From: Dehalococcoidia bacterium
GTDB taxonomy: Bacteria > Chloroflexota > Dehalococcoidia > Plut-88900
Assembly (NCBI GenBank): GCA_965207225.1
Contig: CBDBLV010000004.1
Coordinates: 736,001-800,000, forward strand
Direction: 5' to 3'
Length of the DNA stretch: 64,000 bases
The translations under genes and the position numbers were made by a program. The notes under the pieces were generated by a model. The model ran no database searches. It was not told where the DNA came from and worked only from the letters and a program-made list of their open reading frames with translations. This document shows, one piece after another, positions 42,013-53,929 of the stretch. The first letter of the stretch is position 1; every line of letters starts with the position of its first letter.

Positions 42013-44368
42013 ATGGAGCGCATGAATCTAACAAACTCAAGACTCCTGCTGTTGGCAGGTTCGTTCGTCCTAGCGCTGGGGATAGCCCTGTTGATCGCGT
42101 TGTCCGGTTCACAACCCGTATCCGGGCAGGTCGAGGGAGAGCATGAGTGCAACGAAAAAGACCCTTCGCAGGACTGCACACATACGCCCACGCCCGTGCC
42201 TCCGCCACCGCCACCGCCTCCGCCTACCAATACGCCTGTGCCTCCGCCACCGCCGCCACCGCCGCCTACCAATACACCCGTGCCACCGCCTCCTCCACCT
42301 CCGCCGCCTACCAATACGCCCGTGCCACCGCCTCCTCCACCTCCGCCGCCTACCAATACGCCCGTGCCGCCCGATCCCCCAAGCGAACCCCAAGGTGAGC
42401 TTCGGTTCTCTAGACTACTCCGTGGGAGAGGGGAGCAACATCGCGGTGATCGTGAATCGGACTCAGAACACGTCCGGCAGTCTGAGCATTACCATCAGAG
42501 TCTCCCACGGATCGGCTGAGGACGGAGACTACACGGTTCCTGGACTGTCCAACGGCAGGCTGTCGCTGTCGTTCAGCGACGGCGACGATTCCGAGTCGTT
42601 CACGATCAGAACACACCATGATTCCGACTGCAACAACGAGACCGTGAACGTCAGGTTCGGAACCCTGCCCTCTGGAGTGGATGAAGGTTCGCATACCAGC
42701 GCGACGGTCACGATCAACGACGATGATGCGTGTCCGACTCCGCCCGGAAAGCCTCAAAACCTCACCTACACTCCCGCAAGGACGGAGGGCAGAGTCGTTC
42801 TCGACTGGGATGCCGCTTCCGGCGCCACTGGATACCAGGTGCGGCAGTGCGTGAGACGCCACAACAATCCCAATCGTTGCGACTACTCCACGGTTCAGAC
42901 TCTGGGAAGCGGGACGACCATAGCCACAGTGAGCGGACTTGCCACTGGCAGGCTTCATGACTTCAGAATTCGAGCCACCAAGGGATCGCTGAGCGCCGAT
43001 ACGGACACGATCACGGTCAATCTGAAGCCGGCGCCTCGGAATCTAACGGGCGCTTACGTGGCGGGGCAGCACCGGAAGCTAACGCTCACGTGGGACCCCG
43101 TGCCTAATCCCGACGTAGGCGACGACTTGGACGGCAACTACCACGTGGAACAACTCTTCCCGAACAATAATCCTCTTGACTCTGGTTGGAAGAGGCTGAC
43201 GGATACTCCCCGCGACGGAGTGACGATAGGCTCGATAGCCAGCGTCGGCGGCAAGCTCATGGTCGTAGTCAGCGGGCTGACTCCCGGAGAGTCGTACCAG
43301 CACAGGATAAAGGCCGAGAGCGTACAGGGAAAGTCGGTCGAGTCCAACGTCGTCACGACGACCGTTACGGACGAGTCTCCCACCGTTGCGCCGCCCACGC
43401 CGACGCTCAGCCTTCTGATAGGCAACAGGGGCATCCAACTCGATTGGACGGAGAATGTTCCAGGAGCGGATTCCTACCAGGTCAGCGCAACGCCGGACAG
43501 TCCTTCGCTGGCATTCACGCCTCTTCCATCCCACGCGGTTGTTGAGATACCCGGTAGCTTCTGGGTAGATGTCGGCAAGGGGAGCGGCGCTGTCCAGATA
43601 TTCGGATTGACGCCCGGAACACGGTATACGTTCTCCGTCAGGGGACACAACGGTTCGGGTGGCGGCCCCGCCGCAAGCGCGGAGCATGTGGCGCTTGAAC
43701 CAACTCACTGGTGGGGACACCAAGCCGATCATACCGTCGGTTACATCATCGGAAATATCACCGAGCCGCTTCTACAGGCCGCGATTCCTGATGCGGTCGC
43801 CGATTGGAACGGCAGGCTGAACTTCGGTCTGGAGATATGCGATGACTCGGACAGGGACTGTAACAGGCGGAATTCCGATAGGTTCATAGCCACTATCAAG
43901 ACGGTGGCTCCAAGTTCGCCCAGCGACAATATCACTGGGTGTGGACGGAGCGTGGCCTGCGTGAGTCCTACAGGCTCAACTATAGAATCGCCCGGCGGCG
44001 TCGGCAGGCATATGACGGACATGGATGTGATCTTCGAGGACCCGCCCTATGGGTGTACCAATGGCAATAATCGCTGTCGGGCTGCCGATCAAGTGACGTA
44101 TGAATGGACCAATGACCCGAACAAGAGCCACGTTGTCGTAGATCCGACAATTAGCTGGAGACATCTATACCTTCATGCTGGGCATTTGGCGCTCCACGAA
44201 TTGGGACACACGCTGGGGGCGCCGGACTTCTACAGCGATGTGATGACGGGACTCGATGGCGAGACTGCCATAATGAACCTTCAGTGGGATGCCAAGACGA
44301 TACAGGACGAGGACATCGCGCAGTTGGACGCGATCTACAGAACTCATTCGAGCCACTCTGCAAGGTAG
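42013..44368 (+). pseudogene. Secreted poly-Pro / Calx-beta-like / FN3 protein with C-terminal zinc metallopeptidase; 1-nt frameshift at ~42390
   Basis: N-terminus nearly identical to the gene starting at 20971; poly-Pro/TNTPV repeats; VSFGSLDYSVGEG..VTINDDD; FN3 repeats; GHQADHTVGY; HELGHTLGAPD..AIM. The frames join at a C4 run (42388-42391). Confidence 0.85.
42188..42372 (+). repeat. Coding poly-proline repeats (PPPPPPPPTNTPV)
   Basis: 39-bp period CCT/CCG/CCA runs followed by ACCAATAC. Confidence 0.9.
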
Positions 44369-44404
44369 CGTCCTGTGAGATGCCTGAAAGTGAGAATAGG
44401 GAAT

Positions 44405-46245
44405 ATGAGGTCACTAACGATTTTCGCCATGCTGTTGGCCTGCGCGCTGCTGTCCTGCTCCCCAACTACGCAACGGTCCGAGCCGAACGAGGGCCTAGTG
44501 GGCGCGCCACAGCGCACTGGCAACCCTCCAAGTCTGTCGGCACAGACCGGCAACCCCCCAGCCACTGGGACCACGGCATTTGCGTACTTCGGCGAAGAAT
44601 CCATCGAAGAGCGGATTGCAGGGAGAGACACTATCGTCAGGGCGCGCTTGGATACCACAACGGTTGAGGTTGCCACGTCGACGGTCGAGGGATGGAGTGA
44701 CTATTACTACGTCGCCCTGAGATTTCACCTAACGGTGAGCGAGTATCTAAAGGGAAGCGGCGCGAACAGCATCACCGCGTTCACGATTCAGGGCGATTAT
44801 GACACGCGGAAGGAAGCCGAGGACGCCATGCCGGACATCCTCGCAGGAAGAGTTACCACCTGGGATGATCGAGAAGCGTTCTTCTTCTTGACTGAAGATG
44901 ATCCAGAAGACACTTTCAGTGGATCGGTTCAGGGCGCTAACGACTATTTTCTGTCGGTTGGAGACTCGGAACAGGATATGTACAGCCTTCACAACAGACA
45001 CAGAAAATTGTGGCTTCCGTCTGCTGGAACGGCAGCCACAGGAGATGACCAAGAGTTTCTGCTTGCGGCGCCTCAGCAGGGTATAGACACTCCTACGATA
45101 ACCCTCGGAGAGTTGAAGAGCAGGATCGCCGCTGTCAATGCCGAATTGAACGGAGGCGATGGCTCGGAGGCTTATAAGAACTGCATCAGAACAAAGTATG
45201 CGCTTGAGCGTAATGATAGCTTCCGCGAATTAACGCAATCTAGGACGAACTACGAGCCGGTATGGGGAGGCGATGGCTTTGCATCCGGCCAGCCCGCCGG
45301 GACTGAGGTGTACAGGTACTTCCGTGAAGGTTTCGCCCAGCCTGCCGAAGACAAGTCAAAGTTATGGCTTGACGGTCGGGACGCGGACTTGTTTGCCGTC
45401 AAACTCAGCGATCTTCGGCCCGGCCCGGACTTTGACAGGGACGGTCAGTTTGACCTTTTTGAGTTCGACCAGAGCATCGTGTCTGTCCGTCCCATACCGG
45501 CGGGAACATATGAGTTCAATCATAACTACATGCCTTACGGGTTCCTTGCTTGTGATCACTCTTACTCGTTTGAGATGACGGCAAATGTCCTCACCCCCGA
45601 CGGCTCGTTGCACGAGTTCTTCTTCGATCCAGTCACGGACGGCGCGGCGGTTGCCGCCGACGCCACGAACGGCGTTCTGAAGCCCGCCGCGTTCACCGAC
45701 GCCAACGACTCGGCGGCGACCGTCAGCCGCATCGAGTGGGAGTCCGGCATGGTGAAGATGACGGTCAGCCCGCATACCGGACTCACAGGCCACTTCGTGG
45801 ACTTCATCGAACTGGACGGAACGGTGTCGCTGTCGCTGGCCGTATCCGCCGCGACGGTGGACGGCGCGAACGATACGCTGAGCTGGTCGGTGACAACCCA
45901 GCCTTGGGAGGACGGAGACCTGCTGATGGTTCGGATACGCGAGCCTTACGCTCCCGCGCCCACGGGTCTGCGTTCGTCGAGGGCGGGCAACGGGTACTTG
46001 ATCGCGTGGAACGCGGTGTCCGGCGCGAGCCAGTACGCGCTCCAGACACGCATTCCCGGCGTGCAGGACTGGACCGACACCACGCCGTTCGCCGAGGAGA
46101 ACAGGCAATGGTGTACGTACCCTCCCAGGATCTGTGGTGCGCGTTGTCATACGAGTTCAGGGTACGCTCGTACGGAGACGGGATTCGCTACGCGACCCAA
46201 TGGGGCGAGCCGTCGTCCGAGGTGGTCAGGGAGCGACAATGCTGA
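44405..46245 (+). CDS. Lipoprotein B (paralog of A), C-terminally frameshifted and truncated within/after FN3
   Basis: Lipobox ALLSC; SIEERI..EYLKGSG..WDDREA; the module + FN3 is near-identical to 16950-17550; frameshift at ~46110 (ORF 44375-46345 runs out of frame). Confidence 0.8.
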
Positions 46246-46341
46246 CGCGGGTGGACACAGGCGTCAGCGAGAAGACAATACCGAGTCACTGTATTCAGAG
46301 GCATTCAGACACACACAGCATCATTTCTTGGAGGCGAATCA

Positions 46342-46752
46342 ATGAGCGACGCAACCATCTGGGACAGATACGACATTGGCCGAAAAGTAGAAAGTCTATT
46401 GGCCGAGGTCGAATACTACAACCCGGACCATCACTTTGGCAGGCCCTCCGTAACGCCCTACCAACTCGCGATAATGTTCAAGGAGCGATTCCCGGCGGAC
46501 TTCAAGAGCATTGGCCTCCCGGTCGGAGGAGCGGGAACCGGCGAGAGAAGAAGTCTGGCTCAGTACCTCGCGGGTCAGATGGCTCGTAAGATGGCCAATG
46601 GAGAGTTGCCCAACATTGAAGGAGGATTCCTATCGAACACTCAACTTCGTAACTTATCTTTCGACGACAGCGACGGTACGGTCATCACGTCGTCGTCGAC
46701 AAATTCCCAATACGACGTATCGCTCTTTCGTTTGAGGTCAACCGACCATTGA
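46342..46752 (+). CDS. Hypothetical protein (136 aa)
   Basis: GGAGG RBS; HHFGRPSVTPYQLAI..VGGAGTG..SLAQYLA..IEGGFLSN; inserted inside the peptidase/lipoprotein cluster. Confidence 0.7.
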   Translation: MSDATIWDRYDIGRKVESLLAEVEYYNPDHHFGRPSVTPYQLAIMFKERFPADFKSIGLPVGGAGTGERRSLAQYLAGQMARKMANGELPNIEGGFLSNTQLRNLSFDDSDGTVITSSSTNSQYDVSLFRLRSTDH

Positions 46753-46799
46753 TCGAAAGTCTGTCGTTCACTTTGACTCAGAACGCAGTAGGGAGGCTA

Positions 46800-47538
46800 C
46801 AGCGCGCCGACGCCCGCCAACATCGGACACCAAGAAGACCACACCGCGGAGTACGAGGTGGTCTTCATGCCTGCTACGCCGCCGAATTTGCCCTCAGGCA
46901 TTCCGGATCCCGCCGTGGTCATTCCGGCGGCGATCGGACCTGTTGCGGAGGCTTGGAACACGGCGGCGGCGATAGTGGGCAAGAACCTGCAGATATGCGA
47001 GGTCCGCGCCTGCGGCGTCAGCAACCACGACATTGGAACCGTGACGGTCAAGACCGTCCCAGTGAACACAATGGCCGTACCCACCGACACCGATCACAAC
47101 CACGGCTGCGGCTCGATCGTGGCTTGCGTCAAACTAGGTGTTCCGACTTCTTCAGCGTTCTCCTCGGACGGTCCCGGCAACCATCTGAGGGACCTATGGC
47201 TGGTTATCGAGGAGCCAGCATGGGAGTGCCGGGGGGATACCGATCGGGCGACCGGCGATTGCATACCTGTAGAACACGCCAGGATCTACTGGACCGGCAA
47301 CTCAGGGTTGGATAGGAATGATGTTCCTGGAGTCCCTAATTCTTACCATCACTACATCGGCTCCATACTCATCCACGAGTTCGGACACACACTGGGCCTG
47401 CCCGACTTCAGCGCCGACCATACGCTTATGAACTTGCTTGCAGTAATGGATAACCCCCACAAAAACAAGACGATAACCGATGAGGACGTAGCGCAGCTGC
47501 GCGCGATCTATGCCGTCCACGACTCGTCCGGCCACTAA
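46800..47538 (+). pseudogene. Orphan C-terminal zinc metallopeptidase module
   Basis: GHQEDHTAEY..AWN..HGCGSIVACV..HEFGHTLGLPD..AVM..DEDVAQLRAIY; no signal peptide or N-terminal domains. Confidence 0.8.
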
Positions 47539-47560
47539 CCACAGTGGGGAGGTCTGAACC

Positions 47561-49237
47561 ATGATGAGCGCAAGAAGCGCCGCAGCGCGAATATCCGCCG
47601 TAATCCTATTGATCGCGGTGGCGGCAATGCTGCCGGGCTGCGGCCTCTTCGACGACGGGCAGAATCCCGAAGCAGCGACGTTGGTGGAGCCGACGCCGTC
47701 AGCGACAACTCCCGCCTCAGCGGAGCCGCAGCCACCCGCCGCCGGTCCCAGCTCGATCGAAGAGCGGAAGCCCAAAGTAGAGGCATCGGTAAAACCGCCG
47801 CCGACCACAACGTCCGCCTCGGTAGCGACAGCGTCACTCGCCTACGACGGCCCAAGTTCGCTGGAAGAGAGGATTCTCGCATCCCCGGTGATCGCCAAGG
47901 TGCGGCTTGACTCGGTTTCCTCGACCACGGAATCCGGTCCAACCGTCCAGGGCACGAAGTACATTTTGCTATTGGAGTTCAGTTTCAGCGTTCTCGAGTA
48001 TCTGAAAGGCAGCGGCAACAACGATATTGTGGCCGTCTGGAACTCAGATCAACTATTCGGCACACGCCAAGAGGCCGAGGCCGCGCTGCCCGCTATCGCC
48101 GCGGCGCGGGACGCCCAGTGGGACGACCACGAAGCTATCGTCTTCCTGAAACATTCCCAGACGTATCTTGCTAGCACGCAGCGGGCGGAACGATATTATC
48201 TGTCTGGGGTGGTGCTCGGCTCATTCGGCCTTGACGATAACTACAGCCTGGCCAGCCGATACAACAATCTGTGGCTGCCCGCCGAGGCGTCCGCTGACGC
48301 TACGTCCCAGCCGAGTGGAGACCAGCAGCGCTTTCTGATGTACACGCCGGTGGCCACGGGGACGGCTCGCACAATAACGCTCAGCGAGCTGAAGACGCGG
48401 ACCGCGGCGGTCGCCGCCAAGATCGACGCCAGCGACGGCTCCGAAGAGTACATGGAATGCGTCTCCCGCACATATTATTACGAGGGAATCAACAGCTACC
48501 GTATGGCGACGGAAGGCCGCGGCTATTACTATAGTACCCCCGACCACGAACTGGGATCGGGGCTAGCCGCCTCTGCCGCGGTATATGAGCAGAATCCAGT
48601 TTTCGGGGGCCTTCCCGACAAGCGAGGACTGATCTGGCTTGACGGAGGAGACGCAGACCTGTTCAGCGTAGAGTACGACGATGCGGTTCCCTACGACTTC
48701 TCTGGCGACGGCGTGAACGACACCATTCGATATGCCTATCGCGTGGTTGCGTCGCGACCGCTCCCAGCAGGGGTGTACAGATTCCACTTCAACAACCGGG
48801 AAGTTCACTTCGTTCCCTGCGACGGTTACACGATCCGCTACGAGTGGACGGTCACCGTCAACGCCCCCGTCGGCTCGCTGCACGAGTTCTTCTTCGACCC
48901 GGTCACCGACGGCGTGGCGGTCGCGGCCGACTCGACGCATGGAGTACTCTATCCCGCCGGGTTCACCGACGCCAACGGCGCCTTGGCGTCCATCAGCCGC
49001 ATAGAGTGGGAGTCCGGCACGGTGGCGATGTTCGTCGCTCCACACACCGGTCTCGCGGACCACTTCGTGGACTTCATCGAGCCGGACGGCTCGGTGTCGC
49101 TGTCGCTGTCCTTTTCCGCCGCGACGGTTGACGTCGCGACCGGCGCCCTGAGATGGGCGGTGGCGTCCCGGCCGTGGGAGGACGGCGATCTGCTGATGGC
49201 GCGCATCCGAGTCGCCCAGACGCGCCAGAATCATTGA
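47561..49237 (+). CDS. Lipoprotein C (paralog of A and B)
   Basis: GGGAGG RBS; lipobox MLPGC; SLEERI..EYLKGSG..WDDHEAI; SLHEFFFDPV..PWEDGDLLM module. Confidence 0.85.
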   Translation: MMSARSAAARISAVILLIAVAAMLPGCGLFDDGQNPEAATLVEPTPSATTPASAEPQPPAAGPSSIEERKPKVEASVKPPPTTTSASVATASLAYDGPSSLEERILASPVIAKVRLDSVSSTTESGPTVQGTKYILLLEFSFSVLEYLKGSGNNDIVAVWNSDQLFGTRQEAEAALPAIAAARDAQWDDHEAIVFLKHSQTYLASTQRAERYYLSGVVLGSFGLDDNYSLASRYNNLWLPAEASADATSQPSGDQQRFLMYTPVATGTARTITLSELKTRTAAVAAKIDASDGSEEYMECVSRTYYYEGINSYRMATEGRGYYYSTPDHELGSGLAASAAVYEQNPVFGGLPDKRGLIWLDGGDADLFSVEYDDAVPYDFSGDGVNDTIRYAYRVVASRPLPAGVYRFHFNNREVHFVPCDGYTIRYEWTVTVNAPVGSLHEFFFDPVTDGVAVAADSTHGVLYPAGFTDANGALASISRIEWESGTVAMFVAPHTGLADHFVDFIEPDGSVSLSLSFSAATVDVATGALRWAVASRPWEDGDLLMARIRVAQTRQNH

Positions 49238-49264
49238 GTCCAGGGCGAGGGCCGCCGGAGACTG

Positions 49265-49632
49265 GATTGTCTACGCCACCCGGTGGGGGGCGCCGTCGGA
49301 CGCGGCGGTCAGGGAAAGTGGATGCGACAGGGGCCCGGAGTTCCCAGAGTCCGCGCACCTGTTCATCGTTACAGAGTCCGCGTCGGCGGGGGCCGATGCG
49401 GGAACCGTCTCCGCCGCCGACCCGGACGCGACCGACTCGGTGGCATACTCGATCGCGGTTGGGAATGAGGGCAGCAAGTTCGCCATCCGCGAGAGCTCCG
49501 GCGGTCATCAGCGTCGCGGGCGAGCTGGACCAAGAGACCGCTTCCTCGTACACGCTGAGCGTGAAGGCGAGCGAGGGTCGTGGCGGCTCCGATACCGTCG
49601 CGGTGAACATCGCCGCGACGCGCGGACCGTGA
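49265..49632 (+). pseudogene. FN3-end + cadherin relic
   Basis: PEFPES..YSIAVGNEGSKFAI..VISVAGELDQETASSYTLSV; homologous to the cadherin domain of lipoprotein A. Confidence 0.7.
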
Positions 49633-50425
49633 GACCGGAACGAATCTGGATGGCCGTCTCGCAGGACCGCCGCGTCCGGAGCGGCCAGGCGCCAGGAGCC
49701 GCATCGAGAGGTCGGAGACGAATGGTCCGATGCGCCCATAGACGCAGCCCAAGCGAGGCGCGCCCAGGAAGCGGACCGGGATCGAACCTGGCCGGGTTCG
49801 GTATCGCGTCAACCGAGGAGGACAGCGCGACGCTCGTTTTGGACGTTGTGTAGGGAGCGGTAGTAGATTATCAGGTCGAACACAGGAAGGCTGGCACAGT
49901 CCGACCGACCGGTGGACCGCGTCGCCAGGCAAGGAGGGCGTTTCATTCGCACTCTGGAGCAGAACCGCTTCGATGAGATGGATGGGCCGGGATGCATAGA
50001 CCGGTTCGCCTGTAGGAGCCGGATAGCGAGGGTGAATCTGAAACGGACGCTCAGTTTGCTCGGCAAGCCCCGGCTCCGCCATCGATCGGAGACTCCAAAA
50101 GTATGTCGAAGCTGCTGGTCGGCAAAGACCCCGGGATGGACGGTATCGGGCGGTGCTTACAGACGCGTTGACGGTGAACATACCCACGCTCAGATGCCTC
50201 GAAGGGCTCAGGCATGCTGAGGACGCGCCAATCACCGAAGGTTAAACGCAAAAAGGGTCCGCATACACTCCCAGGCGACAGGGAGCGGCCTCGCCAGAAA
50301 CGCAAAAAGGGCGACATACATGAATAGCCAAGGGGACGACATCGCTCCGTCAGCGATGTCATCCCCTTTTGTCAGGCTCTTGGGTTCCGCGCAAGCGGAA
50401 GTCTGAACGACGTATGCGAAGAGCG

Positions 50426-51304
50426 CTACGCGATAGCCGCCTCCGGCCGCTTCAGCATGGCGGAGCAGCCGCGCTCGACGACATGCTCCACCGACACCCG
50501 TCCCCGGCTGTCGTACCCCGTTCGGAAGGCGTACTCCACCGTCGCCCCCTCAGGCGCCCGGCCACCGGTTCGCACGGCGCCTCCGCCGTCGCCGCGTCCG
50601 GGCCCGCCCGCGCCGCGCACGACCATGCCTCGGCGCTCGCCCATGCGCCAACCCATCACCTTCAACTCGACGGGAATGACTCGTTCCTCAGCCTGAGTCG
50701 GTTGGAAGAGCGCCGCGTGCAGCCTCTTCAATACACCCGGAGACGGACTGCGCCTGCCGGTCATGATCTGGGAGAGGTGGCCTGAGCTGACGCCGGCCCG
50801 CCGGGCGACCTCGTTCTGGCTGATCCCGAGAGCGTTCATCCGATCCCACACGGCGCGCCGATCCACGTCGGCGCATCGCGCGGGCGCGACCTTCGCCGGG
50901 GCCTCCAGCGCCGATTCGACCCGCGCCTGTACCTTCACGCCCATGCTCCTGTGACCGCGGGACACCTGGATCATGTAGCCGTAGGACACTCCCGCCCGCT
51001 CGGCCAGGTCCTGCATGCTCATGCCCATCTCCCGGGCCCGCTCCCTGATGTAGCTGCTCTCCGCGCCGACCACATCCCCCTGCCGGTAGACGACGCCCTG
51101 CGCAGGGACCTCTCCCAGCGCCTCCGTCGCCTTCTCCCGCATCGCCGGAGTCCAGGGCCTGCGCCCGGTGGCGATGCTCGACAGGTGACTGGGGTTCACG
51201 CCCATCCTGTCCGCCAGCTCTCCCATGGTCAGTCCCCGCCGCCTGGCTGCGGCCCTGAGCGCCGTCTCAGATCTCCTGGTGGTTGCAGTGTTGGTAGCCG
51301 TCAT
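50426..51304 (-). CDS. Triple XRE-HTH regulator (292 aa, intact)
   Basis: AAAGGAGG RBS; three HTH motifs plus a Gly-rich C-terminal domain. Confidence 0.85.
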   Translation of the reverse strand: MTATNTATTRRSETALRAAARRRGLTMGELADRMGVNPSHLSSIATGRRPWTPAMREKATEALGEVPAQGVVYRQGDVVGAESSYIRERAREMGMSMQDLAERAGVSYGYMIQVSRGHRSMGVKVQARVESALEAPAKVAPARCADVDRRAVWDRMNALGISQNEVARRAGVSSGHLSQIMTGRRSPSPGVLKRLHAALFQPTQAEERVIPVELKVMGWRMGERRGMVVRGAGGPGRGDGGGAVRTGGRAPEGATVEYAFRTGYDSRGRVSVEHVVERGCSAMLKRPEAAIA

Positions 51305-52406
51305 GTCGCTTCCTCCTTTAACGAAGAAGCGGGACGGCCCCCGTGTCGGAGACAGTCCCGCGTGGTTCCACGTCCCGGTGGCCGGGACTGTCTGTTTGGG
51401 TGTTGTTGTTGCCGTTGAGGCGAGTGGCCGGTCCGGCGTCCGTGCATGGGGAGGCCGTGTGCGGAGTGAACCTATGTATCGAGTCGCGGCTGGATGAGCC
51501 ACCGCTCCTCATGTACGCTCCGCGCCAAGCCAGGCGTCGCAATGGGAGCGGCCGTCTGGGACTCCTCGCTGAGCGGCGCGGCCATCAGACTATCCACCGG
51601 ATCTTCGGGTCTGCGTCGTAGCCAACCCATGTCCGTCGCCAGATCGCCTATTACTGCTGTTGCCGTGGTTGTAGCGCTCCTCCTTCCTGAAGCTCATAGC
51701 GTTGCCGTTGTCGATGATTTCGTCGCCGTTATCGTTGACTTCCGCGAGTCCCAGACCGTTCCGAAGACGCCCATCGCTCGAAGCCGGGAACGGACATCGG
51801 GGTGAAGGAAGACGCGGTTCGGCCCAGGTCACGCCGTGGGGAGGGGACCTACCGTGAAGCCGCTGAGTGGGGTGTGCGACCGGCCTCCCTGCGGATCGAA
51901 CACAGGACGGCGCGGTGTGAGAAGACGCAGTTCGCCCGGGGTGACAGACTTCCGGGGAAAGCCGCGAAGACGTGAGGTGGCCGGCCTGCGATTGGCAGAC
52001 CTTCGCGTGTGGGAGCCGCGGTCCGACCGACTCTCAGCCATACCGCAGGCGGGTGAAACCGGTAGAAGCGTTACCTGCGCTTCAACCAGCGTGTCCCGGA
52101 TTTCGATGCGGCGCCGGGGGAGCGGAGCTTGACCCCTAGACCGCGTCACGCAGCGGGAAGCGTTCGTCCCTTATGGAACTCCGTCGGGAGAGCGGGGCTC
52201 GATCCGTCAGGTCGCTCCGGGTCAGGGACTGACCCTCCAGTTTTCTCGGCGTGAAACACTGGAAAAAGCCAGAAACTGACTCGATTATCACCCGAACGGA
52301 TGCGCGATGGAAGCCCTGAATCGCCCCAATTCCCCTTTCGATCCCAGATCGCTTGCTGAGACGTGACAGCTTTGTGGCAACCATGTGGCAGGCGCTGGAA
52401 CCGCCC

Positions 52407-53267
52407 CTATTTCCTCCACAGTCCGAAGGTGAGAACGCGCCGTAGCCACCGCCTCAGCAGCGCCCATCTCCGGTCCACCCGCGCGTTCTCCAGCGACCGC
52501 CGCCTGCGCCGGAGCTGCTCGCGCCGGTCGGACCGGTCCCAGGGGTACGTGTCGGGCGGCAGCGTCAACTCGCGCGTGTCGATCAGCTGTATCTCCAGCT
52601 CCAGCGCGCGCATCCTGGCCTCGGCCCTCTCCAGCGCCGTACCAGTCTCCGCGCTCCGCTTGCGTTCGGCCGTCGCCCTGCGCCACTCGACGATCAGCGG
52701 CGTGGCTTCGCCGTACACTCGCTCCTCGCCCGGTTCTGCCTCCTCGGTCACCAGTTCGCGGTACTCCCTCCACGGCGGGGCGGGCGCGGGTCTGTCGTCC
52801 GGAGCGGCATCTGCCGGCGTTCCCTGAGTGTCCTTCGCGGACTCCAGCCGCTCCAGCCGGCGCTCCAGTTGTCGGATGGCCTTCGCTTGCTCCTCCCCCG
52901 TCGTCTCGCATCTACCCTCGATCGCTTCGAGGCGACTCCGGAACTCCTCCTCCAACAACGCCACGCGCTTGGTCAGGGCCTCTGCCCTCTCAGACTGCCG
53001 CGCGGCGGCCGAGCCACCCCCAAGCAGCAGGTGTCGCTCCAGCGCGGCGCTCATCCGCGCCGTCAGCCTGCCAGACTCGATGGCCCTGGACACGGTCCGG
53101 TAGCTGACGCCCAGACGCGCCGCCGCCTTCGCCCTGTCCCCGGCCTCGATCATATCCCGCAGCAGCGCCATGAGCCGCATGTCACCAAGGCTGTCCAGGC
53201 TCCGGCTGGAATCCGGGTACCACTCATCCCCGTCCGGTCCCGGAGCGTCCCTCGGCGCTTTGTCCAC
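52407..53267 (-). CDS. HTH/coiled-coil protein, inverted paralog of 7966-8799 (start uncertain)
   Basis: WYPDSSRSL..AAARLGVSYRTVSRAIE..WLRRVLTFGLWRK. Confidence 0.7.
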   Translation of the reverse strand: MDKAPRDAPGPDGDEWYPDSSRSLDSLGDMRLMALLRDMIEAGDRAKAAARLGVSYRTVSRAIESGRLTARMSAALERHLLLGGGSAAARQSERAEALTKRVALLEEEFRSRLEAIEGRCETTGEEQAKAIRQLERRLERLESAKDTQGTPADAAPDDRPAPAPPWREYRELVTEEAEPGEERVYGEATPLIVEWRRATAERKRSAETGTALERAEARMRALELEIQLIDTRELTLPPDTYPWDRSDRREQLRRRRRSLENARVDRRWALLRRWLRRVLTFGLWRK

Positions 53268-53614
53268 TTTCCTAGCTGGCACTGTCCACTCCCCATCGAA
53301 TCGCCCACCGGCGCTTTGTCCACTTTCGTAGCTGCGGCTGTCCTGTAGGGATGGAACGAGCCCCGGAATCGAATCGCTTGCTCTGATGTGGCAGGTTGCC
53401 CTATTCACCCCGGTTTCAGCTACGAAATCGCTCTCCCCGCAAGTTGTCGTTCCAATCGATCCCCTGTACACGGGTAGTACACCACAACGGGCGTTCCAAA
53501 TATCAGGCCTCGCGAGGGGGGCCTCTACGCGATCCCGGGCGCGTCCGCGATCCCCTCGCACGCGCCATGCCTGAGTCGAGAGACAGGTCCGCCGTGCCCG
53601 GCACAGCCCCATCC
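53250..53614 (-). repeat. Repeat family unit D
   Basis: Reverse TACCCGTGTACAGGGGATCG at ~53457-53476; GAAAGTGGACAAAGCGCCG twice with a 56-bp period. Confidence 0.8.
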
Positions 53615-53929
53615 AGCGCGACGCTCGGCAGACCCGATTCGTTCTTGGTCGCGAATGCTGTGCGGGGCGAGGGTCCTATCGTGTTCCCTGGGAGTTGGAG
53701 CCAGAACAACCATCTCGCTGATACACCGGAGGGCAGACGCCGAGACGCGACGACTCAGACGACCAGTGGTCGGCGTTGAGAGCCCTGTCGAGGAATGGGA
53801 TGAGAAGAGACAGGGATAGGAACATATGAACGAACCAACGGGCAACGGCCTGAATCGCTGGAGCTTGGCCCTAGGCCATCCGTAGAGGCTGACGATTGGG
53901 ACTAAGCGACTGATGGCCCGGATTCAGGG

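Noticed and set aside
15514-49237. Diversity-generating retroelement behind the paralog variation
   Set aside because: No reverse transcriptase in the window, and differences between paralogs are not adenine-specific.
49640-50240. Possible gene or IS in the right variable slot
   Set aside because: No recognisable motifs, TIRs or credible ORF.
53268-53612. N-terminal extension of the 401-aa ORF through repeat unit D
   Set aside because: The equivalent frame is not continuous with the gene in the left-arm copy (stop at 7886), so it is not called as coding.
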